A stretch of 64,000 nt of DNA from Promethearchaeota archaeon. Its GTDB lineage: Archaea; Asgardarchaeota; Lokiarchaeia; Sigyniarchaeales; SOKP01. The notes beneath the pieces are model-generated. The model was given only the letters and a program-made list of their open reading frames with translations, had not been told where the DNA came from and did no database searches. Position numbers and translations under genes: made by a program. Positions 1-10,784 of this stretch are shown piece by piece (position 1 is the first letter of the stretch; every line of letters starts with the position of its first letter). The stretch covers positions 32,001-96,000 of the forward strand of contig JBHLOC010000008.1 in assembly GCA_048940925.1 (NCBI GenBank), given 5' to 3'.

Positions 1-2
1 TT

Positions 3-905
3 TTATTTACTGGATTAGACGGAGCCGGTAAAACAAGCATAATTTTAGCTCTCCAGAATGAATTTTCAAAAATATCTTCAGTAGAACCAACTAGAGGTGC
101 TCAACGGAGAGTTTTTAAATTAATGGGAAGAGAGATAAGTGAATGGGATTTAGGAGGCCAAAGAAGTTATCTTATTTCTTATATAAAAAACCCAAGTAAA
201 TATTTTGGGGATACAGAAGTTGCTATATATGTTATAGACATTTTGGATGGTTCTCGTATTCTAGAATCATTAAGTTATTTACATGATGTTGTTGAGACAT
301 TTAGAAAATTGGATATACATCCCCCAATCAATATTTTCTTTCATAAATATGATCCCAAATTAATCCATAATGTTAAAGTTCAAATAGATAATGAGATCAA
401 CAAAATAAAGAATGAAATATTGGAAACTCTAAACTATGATGAGGTTTATTTTTTTGAAACTTCAATTTATAATCCTGGCACTCTCATAAACGCCATATCG
501 AAAATTTTATTGGAATTATTTCCAAAGTCCCAGCTAATCCAAAGAACTGTTGAAGAATTTGCTGGAAAATTAAAATGTGAAAGTTTACTAATAATTAATA
601 AAAATTCCATTCTTTTGGGTTCTTATTTTAAAGATCAAAATTCAAAACAATTATTACTTAATGCGATTGCCTATTTTTTAAGTCTTAACGATGTATTTGA
701 GGGTATGCAGTTGGAAAAAAAAGAAGATCATATTATCGTGAAAAAATCAGAAAAGTATTTCTTATTCAAACCAATTATATTAAAGGAAGAAGATATTCAA
801 CATTATATACTCGTTTTAAAAAAACATGAGTCATTTGATATTTCAATGATTAATCAAAATTTTACTGTATTTGTTAAGATCTTCAATGATATTCTCAAAA
901 ACTAG
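3..905 (+). CDS. Arf/Rag-like small GTPase with C-terminal roadblock/longin-like domain (5'-truncated by window edge)
   Basis: Frame is open from nt 3, upstream of the ORF-track start. It contains G1 GLDGAGKTS, G2 PTRG, G3 WDLGGQ, G4 HKYD and G5 ETSI, followed by a ~130-aa alpha/beta tail. Confidence 0.85.
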   Translation, partial: LFTGLDGAGKTSIILALQNEFSKISSVEPTRGAQRRVFKLMGREISEWDLGGQRSYLISYIKNPSKYFGDTEVAIYVIDILDGSRILESLSYLHDVVETFRKLDIHPPINIFFHKYDPKLIHNVKVQIDNEINKIKNEILETLNYDEVYFFETSIYNPGTLINAISKILLELFPKSQLIQRTVEEFAGKLKCESLLIINKNSILLGSYFKDQNSKQLLLNAIAYFLSLNDVFEGMQLEKKEDHIIVKKSEKYFLFKPIILKEEDIQHYILVLKKHESFDISMINQNFTVFVKIFNDILKN

Positions 906-906
906 C

Positions 907-1974
907 CTATTCAACTTTAAAAAGGTTGTGTGCTTTAACAATTGATTGCAAGCGATCAAGTTCGTGTCGTACTAATTTTAATTCTTTTTTAAGACCTTCT
1001 AATTCTTGTGTAAGATTCTGTTTTTCATTAGTCACCCCCATAACTTTATTATTCAACTTCTTCACTTCGAGTTCTAGATTTTTAATTAATTCAAGATGAG
1101 ATTCATTGTCTCTATTTGATTGCAGAACTTGAAATTTTAATTTTTTATTAGTTTCTTTCATGTTATCGAGTTCTCGAGTGAGGTTCTCATTTTCAGCTTT
1201 AATTATTTTTATTTGATCAAGTAATTTTTCAGCGCCTTCTTCAATTTCCTTCTTATCATTTAAGGTGGTTTTTAATTTGGTGATACGTTCATCTTTCTGA
1301 TCTAACGCCATTTTTTGTACATTGGTTAATCTCGTCAATTCTCTATTTTTAGAAGTTAAGGTTGCATTATATTCATTTAATTCGGCCATTTGCACACTCC
1401 AGCTTTCTAATTTTGAATATAATTCAGCTATTTCACTTTTTAAAGCTTCGACATTTCTAAGATGTTCTGTTCTATCAGAAACCAATAAAGAAACTTTTTG
1501 CGCAAGATCATCAATCTTTTCCTTTTTCTCTCCTATTTCTTGTTGCAATTCTTGCTTTTCCTGCCAGTAAGCATCAAGCTCACCTTTTTCTAATAATTCA
1601 TAAGATTTAGTAAAGAGTTCATTGAATTTTTTATCTTTTCTTTTAGGTAATAATTCGAATGCAATTCTCCTTACTTGACCCTCAAAATTTCTTGGAAGGA
1701 TATCCTCATCAGAAAGAAATACTGTAATTACATGATCTCCTTTCCCAATAAAATGTTTAGATGAATGTCCTGTAAAAAAACTTGCTACACTGAGATCACG
1801 TTTAATTTGCATTTCAAGATAATTTGGACCTGTTCTTACCCTTTTGTGTTCTTCAAATACAGTTGCTAGCATGGAGTCTGTTACACCGAGTTCATTACAA
1901 ATATCTTCTGGATATTCTGTATCTATAGCTAATTCTGATTTCTTATCTAAATTCAGAATCACAATTCCTTGCAA
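907..1974 (-). CDS. N-terminal longin/uDENN-like domain plus long coiled coil
   Basis: The N-terminus (GIVILNLD..YPE..H..SFFTG..VFL..FEG) resembles the cytoplasmic domain of the 2200-aa protein. The C-terminal ~220 aa is a heptad-rich coiled coil. Confidence 0.6.
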   Translation of the reverse strand: MQGIVILNLDKKSELAIDTEYPEDICNELGVTDSMLATVFEEHKRVRTGPNYLEMQIKRDLSVASFFTGHSSKHFIGKGDHVITVFLSDEDILPRNFEGQVRRIAFELLPKRKDKKFNELFTKSYELLEKGELDAYWQEKQELQQEIGEKKEKIDDLAQKVSLLVSDRTEHLRNVEALKSEIAELYSKLESWSVQMAELNEYNATLTSKNRELTRLTNVQKMALDQKDERITKLKTTLNDKKEIEEGAEKLLDQIKIIKAENENLTRELDNMKETNKKLKFQVLQSNRDNESHLELIKNLELEVKKLNNKVMGVTNEKQNLTQELEGLKKELKLVRHELDRLQSIVKAHNLFKVE

Positions 1975-2087
1975 GTTCTAATCCCTAACTAGCTAATTAA
2001 TGAGTTTTTATTTAAGCTAAAATATTGTTTACTATAATATATATAATTTTACAAAAATATAAGAGTACTGCTGCTAGTCTAAATAAT

Positions 2088-3635
2088 TTAAGAATAAATC
2101 TGCGCGAAAGTTTCTGTGGTTTTATTTAAATCCAAAGACAAATAAGTTTGTTTGAATAAAGAAGCAAAGAATGCTCTATCCTCTGGATTAAAATATTTGT
2201 ATCCAAATTTCTTCCATTCCATTCTAGATTGTAATGGAGCAAAAATAGATAACTGATCTTCCACTAGATTCATCAATAACATATTCTTCTCCTGCTTATT
2301 TGTATTTGATATTAATGTTAACAAGACTTCATCATTAAAACTATCCCATGAGTCTTTAAATTGTAAACAGAGTTTTTTAATATCAAACTTATTCTCAGTT
2401 ATTAGTTTTGCTATAGTATTTATCAAATTTTGAAAAGTACCTTCTTTATTTTGGTTGTATAAAGGATTAGAGACAATTAAACCGGGAGGACTTTTAAGAT
2501 CTTTTTGGTATTGTGGGAGATTATATTCAGGTAAAAGCCGTAATTGATTTAATCCAAGTATATTTCTCACATCTGCAATAGTTCCACCTGTATCGAAGAA
2601 TTGCTTGTTAATAACATAAATTAAAAGCTTCTCAGCATGCATGTCCCCAAAGTAAGGATAATCGGTCGCAAATAAAAGGTGCTCACTCCAAGTTCTATTA
2701 TCTACTCTTTCTTTATTTTGTGAAATAAACCAATTTCGAAAACTTTCAAAGAAATTTCCTGCCCCTGCACCATGTAGCATAGAAAGATCTCCATATGTAT
2801 TTGGTTGTACTACTGTTTCATATACTTCATAATCGTCAATATTACCTTGAGCAAAATGAGCTATAATTACTTTAAAATGGGGTAATAAATCAGGATATTT
2901 CGACTTTATTTCTCTTCTTGTTGCTTCTACTAATTTTCCAATTTCTAATATTGAACCTCTTCCTCGTGTATCAAAAATAACTGGCAAAGAATGGCTTGCG
3001 GCTTCTATAAGAACTTTAACGGCTTTCTCAGAGCTAATCTTATCAATCCACCCTTCTGATCGAGGATGTAATTTCAAACCACGAAGTCCTAACACTTCTC
3101 TTGCATAGGTGACCTCATTTACTGCCTTTTCACCTTCCATAGGATCACACCGACCATATCCAATGAGTTTCATGGAAAATGGAAACCGCGTAGTAAAACG
3201 AGATATATTGATATTACTCGCTCGATATAAGGCTTCAGGGCGTTTGTCTCTAAATACATCCTGAAAGGGAAAACAAACACCCTGATCTATCAGGGAGTAA
3301 AATTTAGATTTCTCTTTTAAATCTGAATGCTGTTTTCCTAACTTTTCTAATGCTTGATATAATTTATCAGTAAAAGGATAGGGTGTAAATGACCAAGAAA
3401 TCTTAGTGAATTTACGATTCATATTTGTTGTAAACGATTGTTCCCCTGCTTTTTCCCAATCTGCCTGAATTCTCCCTTGCACATTACCCCAAAAATCAAA
3501 AGTCCCTACACCAGGCGCCAAAGGATTCATCATTGTCGCCCCATCGACATCTTGTCCAAGATGAGAATGTGAATCAATTACAAATATGTGTTCTACTCGT
3601 CTTTTTCCATCTTGTTCTATTGTTGCTGTTAGCAT
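2088..3635 (-). CDS. Amidohydrolase superfamily (amidohydro_2-like) protein
   Basis: Motifs IDSHSH, GLKLHP, IIAH and LFATDYP; C-terminal extension. Confidence 0.75.
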   Translation of the reverse strand: MLTATIEQDGKRRVEHIFVIDSHSHLGQDVDGATMMNPLAPGVGTFDFWGNVQGRIQADWEKAGEQSFTTNMNRKFTKISWSFTPYPFTDKLYQALEKLGKQHSDLKEKSKFYSLIDQGVCFPFQDVFRDKRPEALYRASNINISRFTTRFPFSMKLIGYGRCDPMEGEKAVNEVTYAREVLGLRGLKLHPRSEGWIDKISSEKAVKVLIEAASHSLPVIFDTRGRGSILEIGKLVEATRREIKSKYPDLLPHFKVIIAHFAQGNIDDYEVYETVVQPNTYGDLSMLHGAGAGNFFESFRNWFISQNKERVDNRTWSEHLLFATDYPYFGDMHAEKLLIYVINKQFFDTGGTIADVRNILGLNQLRLLPEYNLPQYQKDLKSPPGLIVSNPLYNQNKEGTFQNLINTIAKLITENKFDIKKLCLQFKDSWDSFNDEVLLTLISNTNKQEKNMLLMNLVEDQLSIFAPLQSRMEWKKFGYKYFNPEDRAFFASLFKQTYLSLDLNKTTETFAQIYS

Positions 3636-3883
3636 ATAAAGATCAATTCTAATTTTTATTTTAGAAATTAGTAATAATAACTTAATTAAAACTTAATTAT
3701 TACTAGAATTTTAATTAAAGCAAAAGAACTAATTTTTCTTTTTATTTCTAATCTTGTAATAGTTATTATTTGAATATATGAAGCTACTTTAAGGTAAAAT
3801 TTATAAATAAAAGGTCTTTATGAGATTAGTGAGAAATCTTAAATACTCACAAGTTTAAATTTTAATTAAAAGGAGGAATTATA

Positions 3884-4513
3884 ATGTCTGAGGATTTAAT
3901 AGATTTAATAATAGATTTAGATGAGAAGGAAGCTATAACCTTAGTTCAGAAAAAGATTGAGGCTGGAGAAGACCCTTTTAAAATTTTAGAACAAATCAGA
4001 ATTGCTATGGCAAAAGTGGGAGAAAAATTTGAGAATAAAGAATTCTTCTTGCCAGATTTGATCATGTCAGGTGAAATTCTAAAGCAAATAACAGAAATTA
4101 TAGAACCAAAACTCACAGCTGGTGGCAAAGTCCAGAGCATAGGAACTGTAGTTCTTGGTACAGTATTTGGAGATATACATGACATAGGTAAAAATATAGT
4201 AAAATTTATGTTAGAAACAAATGGATTTGAAGTTTATGACCTTGGAGTAAGTGTCCCAAAAGAAAAATTTGTAGAAAAAATAAAGGAAGTGGATTCTAAA
4301 ATTGTGGGCTTGAGTGGATTCCTAACCCTAGCATATGACTCAATGAAAGAGACTATAGAAGAAATTAAAAAAGCAGGTTTAAGAGAAAAAACAAAGATAA
4401 TGATTGGTGGGGGGCAAATGAACGAGGATGTAAGAAAATATGTGGGCGCAGACTCCTATGGTAAAGATGCAATCGAAGCAGTGGCTCTAGCTAAAGAGTG
4501 GGTGGGTAATTAG
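3884..4513 (+). CDS. Corrinoid (cobalamin-binding) protein, MtaC/MtbC-like
   Basis: GDIHDIGKNIV B12 motif, cap domain FFLPDLIMSGE and IMIGGG; SD AGGAGG upstream. Confidence 0.92.
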   Translation: MSEDLIDLIIDLDEKEAITLVQKKIEAGEDPFKILEQIRIAMAKVGEKFENKEFFLPDLIMSGEILKQITEIIEPKLTAGGKVQSIGTVVLGTVFGDIHDIGKNIVKFMLETNGFEVYDLGVSVPKEKFVEKIKEVDSKIVGLSGFLTLAYDSMKETIEEIKKAGLREKTKIMIGGGQMNEDVRKYVGADSYGKDAIEAVALAKEWVGN

Positions 4514-4553
4514 TAATAGTCCTCAGTAGAAAATTTGCAAGAGGTAATTAAAA

Positions 4554-5891
4554 ATGGAGGAGAATTCCGAAAAATTATCATTAGATGAAAAACAGGAGGA
4601 AATGTTTGAAAGATGGCTTTCGCCTGAGGGAATTGAATTTGTCAGTTCCGAAGCCGAGAACTCATATAAGGAAAGAGTCACAAGAATAAAGGACATTATT
4701 CAATTGAAGAAGAAGCCTGATAGAATACCAGTAGTTCTAATGATTGGCTTTTTTCCCGCATTTTATAGTGGTATAACTCCAAGAGAATCTATGTATGACT
4801 ACGACAAACTCTCTGCTGCTTGGAAAAAATCAGTTTTAGATTTTGAGCCAGATGCCCATATAGGTTGTTTTGTGCCTGGTCCAGGAAAGCTTTTTGACAT
4901 TCTTGATTATAAATTATATTCTTGGCCCGGTCATGGAGTCTCTCCTAATCTTTCATATCAATGCCTTGAAGGTGAATATATGAAAGCAGATGAATATGAT
5001 GCCTTTATTCAAGATCCCTCTGGCTTCTTTAGAAGTGTTTACTTTCCCCGTATATTTGGAACGTTAGAGCCCTTTAAACAATTGGCACCGCTCACCAACA
5101 TAATCGAATTACCATTTACTGGTGGCAACATTCTACCATATGGCCTTCCAGATGTCCAGGATGCACTTAAAGCCCTCATGGAAGCTGGGAGTGAGGCATT
5201 AAAATGGGCAGGAGTACTCGGAGCATTTGATAAGGAGATGGCTGAAAAAGGATTTCCAAACTTCTTTGGTGGTGCTTCAAAGGCACCTTATGATACTATA
5301 GGTGATACTCTCAGAGGTACTAAAGGGATAATGCTTGACATCTACCGACAACCTGATAAACTGCTCAAAGCTCTTGAAGTAACAACGCCTTTAATGGTTA
5401 ATATGGGCGTATCTATGGCTAAAATGAACGGAAATCCGATTGTTTTCATACCTTTACATAAAGGAGCAGATGGTTTTCTTTCTGATGAGCAATTTAAAAC
5501 CTTCTACTGGCCTTCCTTTAGAAAGCTCCTCATGGGCTTAATCAATGAAGGATGCGTACCATTTTCTTATGTGGAGGGTGGTTTTAACTCGCGGCTTGAA
5601 ATTATTAAAGATTTACCTAAAGGTAAGGTTATATGGTCGTTTGATTTAACAGATATGGAAAGAGCAAAAGAAATTTTAGGTGACTCTGCATGTATTGGGG
5701 GTAACATGCCAATCAGTTTATTAAATTTAGGTACACCCCAAGATATAAAAGATTACGCAAAAAAATTAATAGATACTGTCGGAAAAGATGGTGGTTATTT
5801 AATGATGAATGGAGCGGTCATTGATGAAGCAAAACCAGAAAATATTAAAGCTATGATTGACTTCACCAAGGAATACGGAGTATATAAATAA
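4554..5891 (+). CDS. Uroporphyrinogen decarboxylase-family (MtaA/CmuA-like) methyltransferase
   Basis: KPDRIPV, FKTFYWP, CIGGNMP and GGYLMMNG..PENIKAM; adjacent to the corrinoid protein. Confidence 0.8.
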   Translation: MEENSEKLSLDEKQEEMFERWLSPEGIEFVSSEAENSYKERVTRIKDIIQLKKKPDRIPVVLMIGFFPAFYSGITPRESMYDYDKLSAAWKKSVLDFEPDAHIGCFVPGPGKLFDILDYKLYSWPGHGVSPNLSYQCLEGEYMKADEYDAFIQDPSGFFRSVYFPRIFGTLEPFKQLAPLTNIIELPFTGGNILPYGLPDVQDALKALMEAGSEALKWAGVLGAFDKEMAEKGFPNFFGGASKAPYDTIGDTLRGTKGIMLDIYRQPDKLLKALEVTTPLMVNMGVSMAKMNGNPIVFIPLHKGADGFLSDEQFKTFYWPSFRKLLMGLINEGCVPFSYVEGGFNSRLEIIKDLPKGKVIWSFDLTDMERAKEILGDSACIGGNMPISLLNLGTPQDIKDYAKKLIDTVGKDGGYLMMNGAVIDEAKPENIKAMIDFTKEYGVYK

Positions 5892-6007
5892 AAATATTTC
5901 AATATTTTCTTTTTTTTTAAATATTAATTTAATAGTTACTTCAATCACTCAAATACATTAATAGATACGAATTTTTATTTTAAAGAGAAAATACCTATTA
6001 ATTAAAA

Positions 6008-6568
6008 ATGAATCCATTATCAGAAAAAGAAAAAATGTTGGCGGGTCAATTATATAATGCAGGAGATCCACAACTAACTAATGAGCGAAATCATGCTCAT
6101 ATTTTATGTCAACAATATAACCAATTAAATTTTTTAGATTATAGTGGAAGAAAACGAATATTAACAGAATTATTCGCATCATTTGAGGAGCCCTTAACGA
6201 TTGAACCACCATTTTATTGCGATTATGGAAAAAATATACAATTAGGAAAAAATGTTTATATGAATACTAATTGTGTAATTTTAGATGTAAATAGAGTAAA
6301 AATTGGGGATGATACAAAATTCGGACCTTATGTACAATTATATAGCGCAACTCATCCATTAGATCCAGATTTACGTAAAACTGGAGATGAATTAGGATTA
6401 CCAATTACAATTGGTAATAATGTATGGATTGGAGGTGGAGCAATAATTTGTCCAGGTATTTCAATAGGAGATGATTCTGTGATTGGAGCAGGCTCAATCG
6501 TTACTAAAAATGTACCTACACGAGTATATGCGGCTGGAAATCCATGTAAAGTTATAAAAAAACTGTAG
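6008..6568 (+). CDS. maa: Maltose/sugar O-acetyltransferase
   Basis: EKEKMLAGQLY, EPPFYCDYG, hexapeptide repeats and AGNPCKVIK. Confidence 0.88.
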   Translation: MNPLSEKEKMLAGQLYNAGDPQLTNERNHAHILCQQYNQLNFLDYSGRKRILTELFASFEEPLTIEPPFYCDYGKNIQLGKNVYMNTNCVILDVNRVKIGDDTKFGPYVQLYSATHPLDPDLRKTGDELGLPITIGNNVWIGGGAIICPGISIGDDSVIGAGSIVTKNVPTRVYAAGNPCKVIKKL

Positions 6569-6842
6569 CCCAATGATTTTTGGATTTACATAATAAATAA
6601 TTGGTACTTTACCATGGAAAAACCAAAATTAGTAAAAGACTTAATTTGAAAGGTTTAATACTTGAAATTTTGTATTATTTATAATTTTTAGACTGAGAAT
6701 TAATAAATAAATACGTTTTCTTTAACATCAAATTGATGAGTGTTTATTTCAAATTTATCGATAAGGAGTAAGAGTATCTTAAATTGTTAATTGAAGGATT
6801 ATAAGAAATAAAGCTTTAAATAGTATCTGGAGAGCGAAAAAA

Positions 6843-7736
6843 ATGGTAACGTGGTGGGATATTGTCTCAAATGTGCTAATAGTAGCGATTATAGTAATTA
6901 TAATATTAATTATTTATCGAATTCTTATGAATATAATTCGACGTGGAACGAAAAAGCAAACAATACCCCTCGAAGCTATAAATGGGATTAAAATTATTGT
7001 GCGGTTAATCACTGTTTTTTTGATCATCATTGCGTTACTTACTTTTATTCCCGGAGCTGCTTCATATTTAATTTCTATATCTTCGATTACTGGTATCATT
7101 GTAGGTTTTGCCTCTACGCAGGTTGTAAGTCAATTTATTGCGGGAATTTACTTAATTTCTTCAAGACCCTTTAAAGTAAATGATTTGGTTAATATTAATG
7201 GTATTGATGGATTAATATTAGAAATTGGGCTTAATTTTACGACACTTCAAAAATTTAGTGGAACAATTGTGAAGATTCCAAATAAGACGATATTAGATAC
7301 GGAAGTTTTAAAATATACAGTTACCTTAACTGAGGATATCCTTAATAGTATAGGAAGTCCCATTGATAAGAAAAATCTGATCTTGGAAGCAAGTGAAAAA
7401 TACGTAAAGGAAGATAAAAAATCTAAGAAAAATTTGTCCAAGAAATTAAAGATAAGTGATTTAAAAAATATACTCAAGAATTATGAGATCATCAGATATA
7501 CTTTTGAGATTGCCGTTGATTTGGATCAAGTACCAGAAAGAACTGTGGAGGCAGTAGCCAAAGTATGTGATAGATATAAAAAAATTTATCGATATCGCCC
7601 ACAATTTATTTTAACGTACATTTATTGGCGTGTTCATTTTAGATTTAAAATTTATTGTGAGTCCCCATTTGTTGTAATTAAAAATCACTCCCACTTTATT
7701 AAAGATTTAATGATTGCTATTTATGGAGGTGAATAA
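6843..7736 (+). CDS. Small-conductance mechanosensitive channel family protein
   Basis: Three N-terminal TM helices, GFASTQVVSQFIAGI..RPFKVND and KIPN. Confidence 0.8.
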   Translation: MVTWWDIVSNVLIVAIIVIIILIIYRILMNIIRRGTKKQTIPLEAINGIKIIVRLITVFLIIIALLTFIPGAASYLISISSITGIIVGFASTQVVSQFIAGIYLISSRPFKVNDLVNINGIDGLILEIGLNFTTLQKFSGTIVKIPNKTILDTEVLKYTVTLTEDILNSIGSPIDKKNLILEASEKYVKEDKKSKKNLSKKLKISDLKNILKNYEIIRYTFEIAVDLDQVPERTVEAVAKVCDRYKKIYRYRPQFILTYIYWRVHFRFKIYCESPFVVIKNHSHFIKDLMIAIYGGE

Positions 7737-7738
7737 AT

Positions 7739-8770
7739 TTGTTTTGGTCGATTTTCCAGGGAACAAACCCGATAGATGAATTTCTCGGTATTTTAGGATC
7801 CTTTAATATTGCTGGATGGTCAATTCCAATCATGGGACTAATTCTCCTTGTAGGAATTATTGTAGCTATTTACATTGTGTATAAATACATCTTTAGAAAG
7901 CTCAATAAACGAATTGTCTTGCAAGGTTCCACTCCTGACATTTATAATGGTCTAAAATTTGGTGTACGATTAATGATAGGCATTATAATCATTATTTTAA
8001 TCATGACTTTTCTTCAGATAGATTCAAGTTATATATTGATTGTATCTGGAATTGTTGTAAGTGCCATAGCTTTTGCGTCTATGAATGCAATAAATAACTT
8101 TATAGTGGGAATATGGCTTTTATTAGCGCGTCCATTCACAGTGGGTGATTACGTTAATATAAATGGTTCTGATGGAATTGTTGTTGAAATTTCACTCAAC
8201 TATACCAAAGTAAAACATATAGATGAAACAATTTCTCTCATTCCTAACATTAATTGTGTAAATACTAATATCATTAATCATACTATTTCTAAAAAATGGT
8301 TAGAGCAGTATATAAAACGTTTGCAACAAACAAGAGAAAAACTTCAATCGATATTAGAAGAAGAAAAAAAAGAGTTCAAAGTAATTAATGAAATAAGAGA
8401 AGAGTCGGAACAATTGCAAGAAACTTTAAAAATGATGGAAAATATGGAAGAAAGTTTCTTCCTTAGAGAGAAAGGGACTCAATTGGAGAAAATATCTCAT
8501 TCTAAATACGTGCAAAAAAATAAATTAGTACGTTATGTCTTAGAACTGAATTTAGATAAAAGAGTAAAACGTAACGAGGGTTTATTAGAAGAAATCTGCC
8601 AAAAATGGTCTGATAAGTTTTTAATTAAACCTTACTGGCAATTATATGGAGCAGATTTTTACGCTTATTATCGATTTATTCTCTTAACTCCTGATCCCCA
8701 ATTTCTTATTCGATATCTTGGAGAATTTATTAAGGATATATATAAAGCAATATATACTGAAGATAAATAA
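7739..8770 (+). CDS. Small-conductance mechanosensitive channel family protein with coiled-coil insertion
   Basis: NNFIVGI..RPFTVGDYV and LIPN; TTG start behind SD GGAGGTGA. Confidence 0.8.
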   Translation: MFWSIFQGTNPIDEFLGILGSFNIAGWSIPIMGLILLVGIIVAIYIVYKYIFRKLNKRIVLQGSTPDIYNGLKFGVRLMIGIIIIILIMTFLQIDSSYILIVSGIVVSAIAFASMNAINNFIVGIWLLLARPFTVGDYVNINGSDGIVVEISLNYTKVKHIDETISLIPNINCVNTNIINHTISKKWLEQYIKRLQQTREKLQSILEEEKKEFKVINEIREESEQLQETLKMMENMEESFFLREKGTQLEKISHSKYVQKNKLVRYVLELNLDKRVKRNEGLLEEICQKWSDKFLIKPYWQLYGADFYAYYRFILLTPDPQFLIRYLGEFIKDIYKAIYTEDK

Positions 8771-8944
8771 TTATTTTCTCTTTTCATCAATAGATTCAAC
8801 CTCATTTAATAATTGTAGCTCATCCATTGGGATATTTAAAAGTAGGTATTTACATTGCCGGAAGCGTAATTCTCCTGCATAAATAATAGCACGCTTACCT
8901 TCCAGTCTTAAAGATAAATATTTGTTAACTTGAAATTCTTGCAT
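8771..8944 (-). pseudogene. Truncated N-terminal fragment of a Lokiarchaeia-type paralog family (often LRR-associated)
   Basis: MQEFQVNKYLSLRLEG..FRQCKYLLLNIP..SIDE, ending exactly at the 3' end of the convergent mscS gene. Confidence 0.5.
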
Positions 8945-9035
8945 AGAGACTATAGAAATAATAATCAATAGGTTATTTAAATTATAAGGCTCTAAGATTT
9001 AGTAGAAGTCGTAGTCTTTAGAGCAAAATAAAGTC

Positions 9036-10703
9036 TCATTCTCTCATTTCTTTTGGGAGCGTTAAAACTCCTGTAAGTGGATTGTTGAGAGGATCTTGGC
9101 AATATTGAATTGTAAAATAAATTAAATCGTATAAGATATTCGGATCTTCATTATTATCTAATTTATATTGATATAAACTTAACTGATATTCTGCCTCTGT
9201 TATTGGAGGTTCCGCATAAGAAACACTTCCAAAAACGGACTGTAATAAAGGCTTCATAAAGGGAGAATATAAAAATCCAAGTTCCTTCAACTCATCCTTT
9301 AAATAAAAGAACATCCGTTGCACAGCTTGGCTCATATATCTTATTGGCTGACTTTCAGGACCTAAATATTGTTCAGCGAATTCAGGATCATATTGAGCAA
9401 GCTTTTCGCGAGTGAGATCAGGAGTTGGTTTAAAAAGTGAGATTAAACCACGTTCAATTGCCCCTTGGCGATTGCTTGTTATAGTAGGTGAACCTGCATC
9501 AGGCACCCAAGTTCCTTGTTCAAGGAGCTTTTTTGCTTTATAACACATCGCTTGTATCAGCATTCCTATTCCTATTCTTCTACAAATAGAAATCTGAGCG
9601 TCACTAATCCTTATTTCAATGGTACCCCAATCTGTGAAAGGAAAGACATCTTGAAATCGACCATCTTCTAAGCTAGCCTTTTGTATAACTTGTAGAAAAT
9701 AGTTTTGTGTATTTTCATCAGAAGAGGTTATATATGGAATGTAGTGGTTAGGGTCATTATTACTTAACATTGTAGTGTTGTTCTTTAATCTTAAAGACCT
9801 TACACAGTTAGGTGCAGTTATCCTATTATTGATTATTTTTACTACATCGGTCGGTTTATTATTCAAGATTGGGGAATTACATGTAAGGGCAATAAGATGT
9901 GGTATGAAATTTCTTATCATACAATATGCTTGGACTTTTTCTAAATCTGAGCTAAAGGAGCCTATGTGCGAATGGTCTGCTTGGGACACTCCACGCATGT
10001 ACTCTTTCGTTGCAGGATTGATTGCGGAAGCGATAATATGTAAATCCTTTGGTAATGTTGCTTTCGCTAATAAAAATAAAGTTGATGCCCAATAAGCTAA
10101 TTCTTCAACATATTCGCATGGAGGAGTAACCAATTCTAAAATGTAAGTGATTGCTGTTACATTTCCATCTCTTGCAAAGGCATCTATATCGACGTGAGAA
10201 CCATTAGGGAGACTATACCTGAGATCCATGGCATATCCTTTTTCAATATCATCCTTTCCATAGGGTCTTGCTAGCACTTTTTGATGAATGTATTGAGGAA
10301 CTGGCAAAAAATCAGATCTTCCATTATATAGGACTTCATCCATAATTTTTATTGCATCTTTTACAATCTCTTTCATTCTAAAGACCATTTCATCCCCTGG
10401 AGGATATTCTCCACTGTCATCAGCAATAATTAATTCCATTTCTATACCATGAGTATATGGTAAAGGAGTCCAATGTTCAACATCTGCTAACATTTCTGCC
10501 CAAGGGCGTTCAAGGATATGTACTTCTTTATAATCCGTTCCTAAGAACATTTTATCAGCAGATCTATCAACACTTCCTCCTATTGTGTATCCTGTAGATG
10601 CAACTGCTTTTCCTTTTTTAGTGATTAGTTGAGAAAAAGTATCTGATCCTTGTTTTCCCTTTTTTTTTTTCTTTTTCTCCTTCTTTTTTTTATCTTTTGC
10701 CAT
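9036..10703 (-). CDS. Glutamate-cysteine ligase family 2 / carboxylate-amine ligase
   Basis: GIEMEL, LELVTP, HSHIG, LIALTCNSP and GTIEIRISD; Lys-rich N-terminus. Confidence 0.75.
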   Translation of the reverse strand: MAKDKKKKEKKKKKKGKQGSDTFSQLITKKGKAVASTGYTIGGSVDRSADKMFLGTDYKEVHILERPWAEMLADVEHWTPLPYTHGIEMELIIADDSGEYPPGDEMVFRMKEIVKDAIKIMDEVLYNGRSDFLPVPQYIHQKVLARPYGKDDIEKGYAMDLRYSLPNGSHVDIDAFARDGNVTAITYILELVTPPCEYVEELAYWASTLFLLAKATLPKDLHIIASAINPATKEYMRGVSQADHSHIGSFSSDLEKVQAYCMIRNFIPHLIALTCNSPILNNKPTDVVKIINNRITAPNCVRSLRLKNNTTMLSNNDPNHYIPYITSSDENTQNYFLQVIQKASLEDGRFQDVFPFTDWGTIEIRISDAQISICRRIGIGMLIQAMCYKAKKLLEQGTWVPDAGSPTITSNRQGAIERGLISLFKPTPDLTREKLAQYDPEFAEQYLGPESQPIRYMSQAVQRMFFYLKDELKELGFLYSPFMKPLLQSVFGSVSYAEPPITEAEYQLSLYQYKLDNNEDPNILYDLIYFTIQYCQDPLNNPLTGVLTLPKEMRE

Positions 10704-10784
10704 GAACCTTTACCTTATGTTTTTAACAATTATAATTTACATAACAAATTTTTATTATATATTTTTGGTTAATACTCCTCTTCT

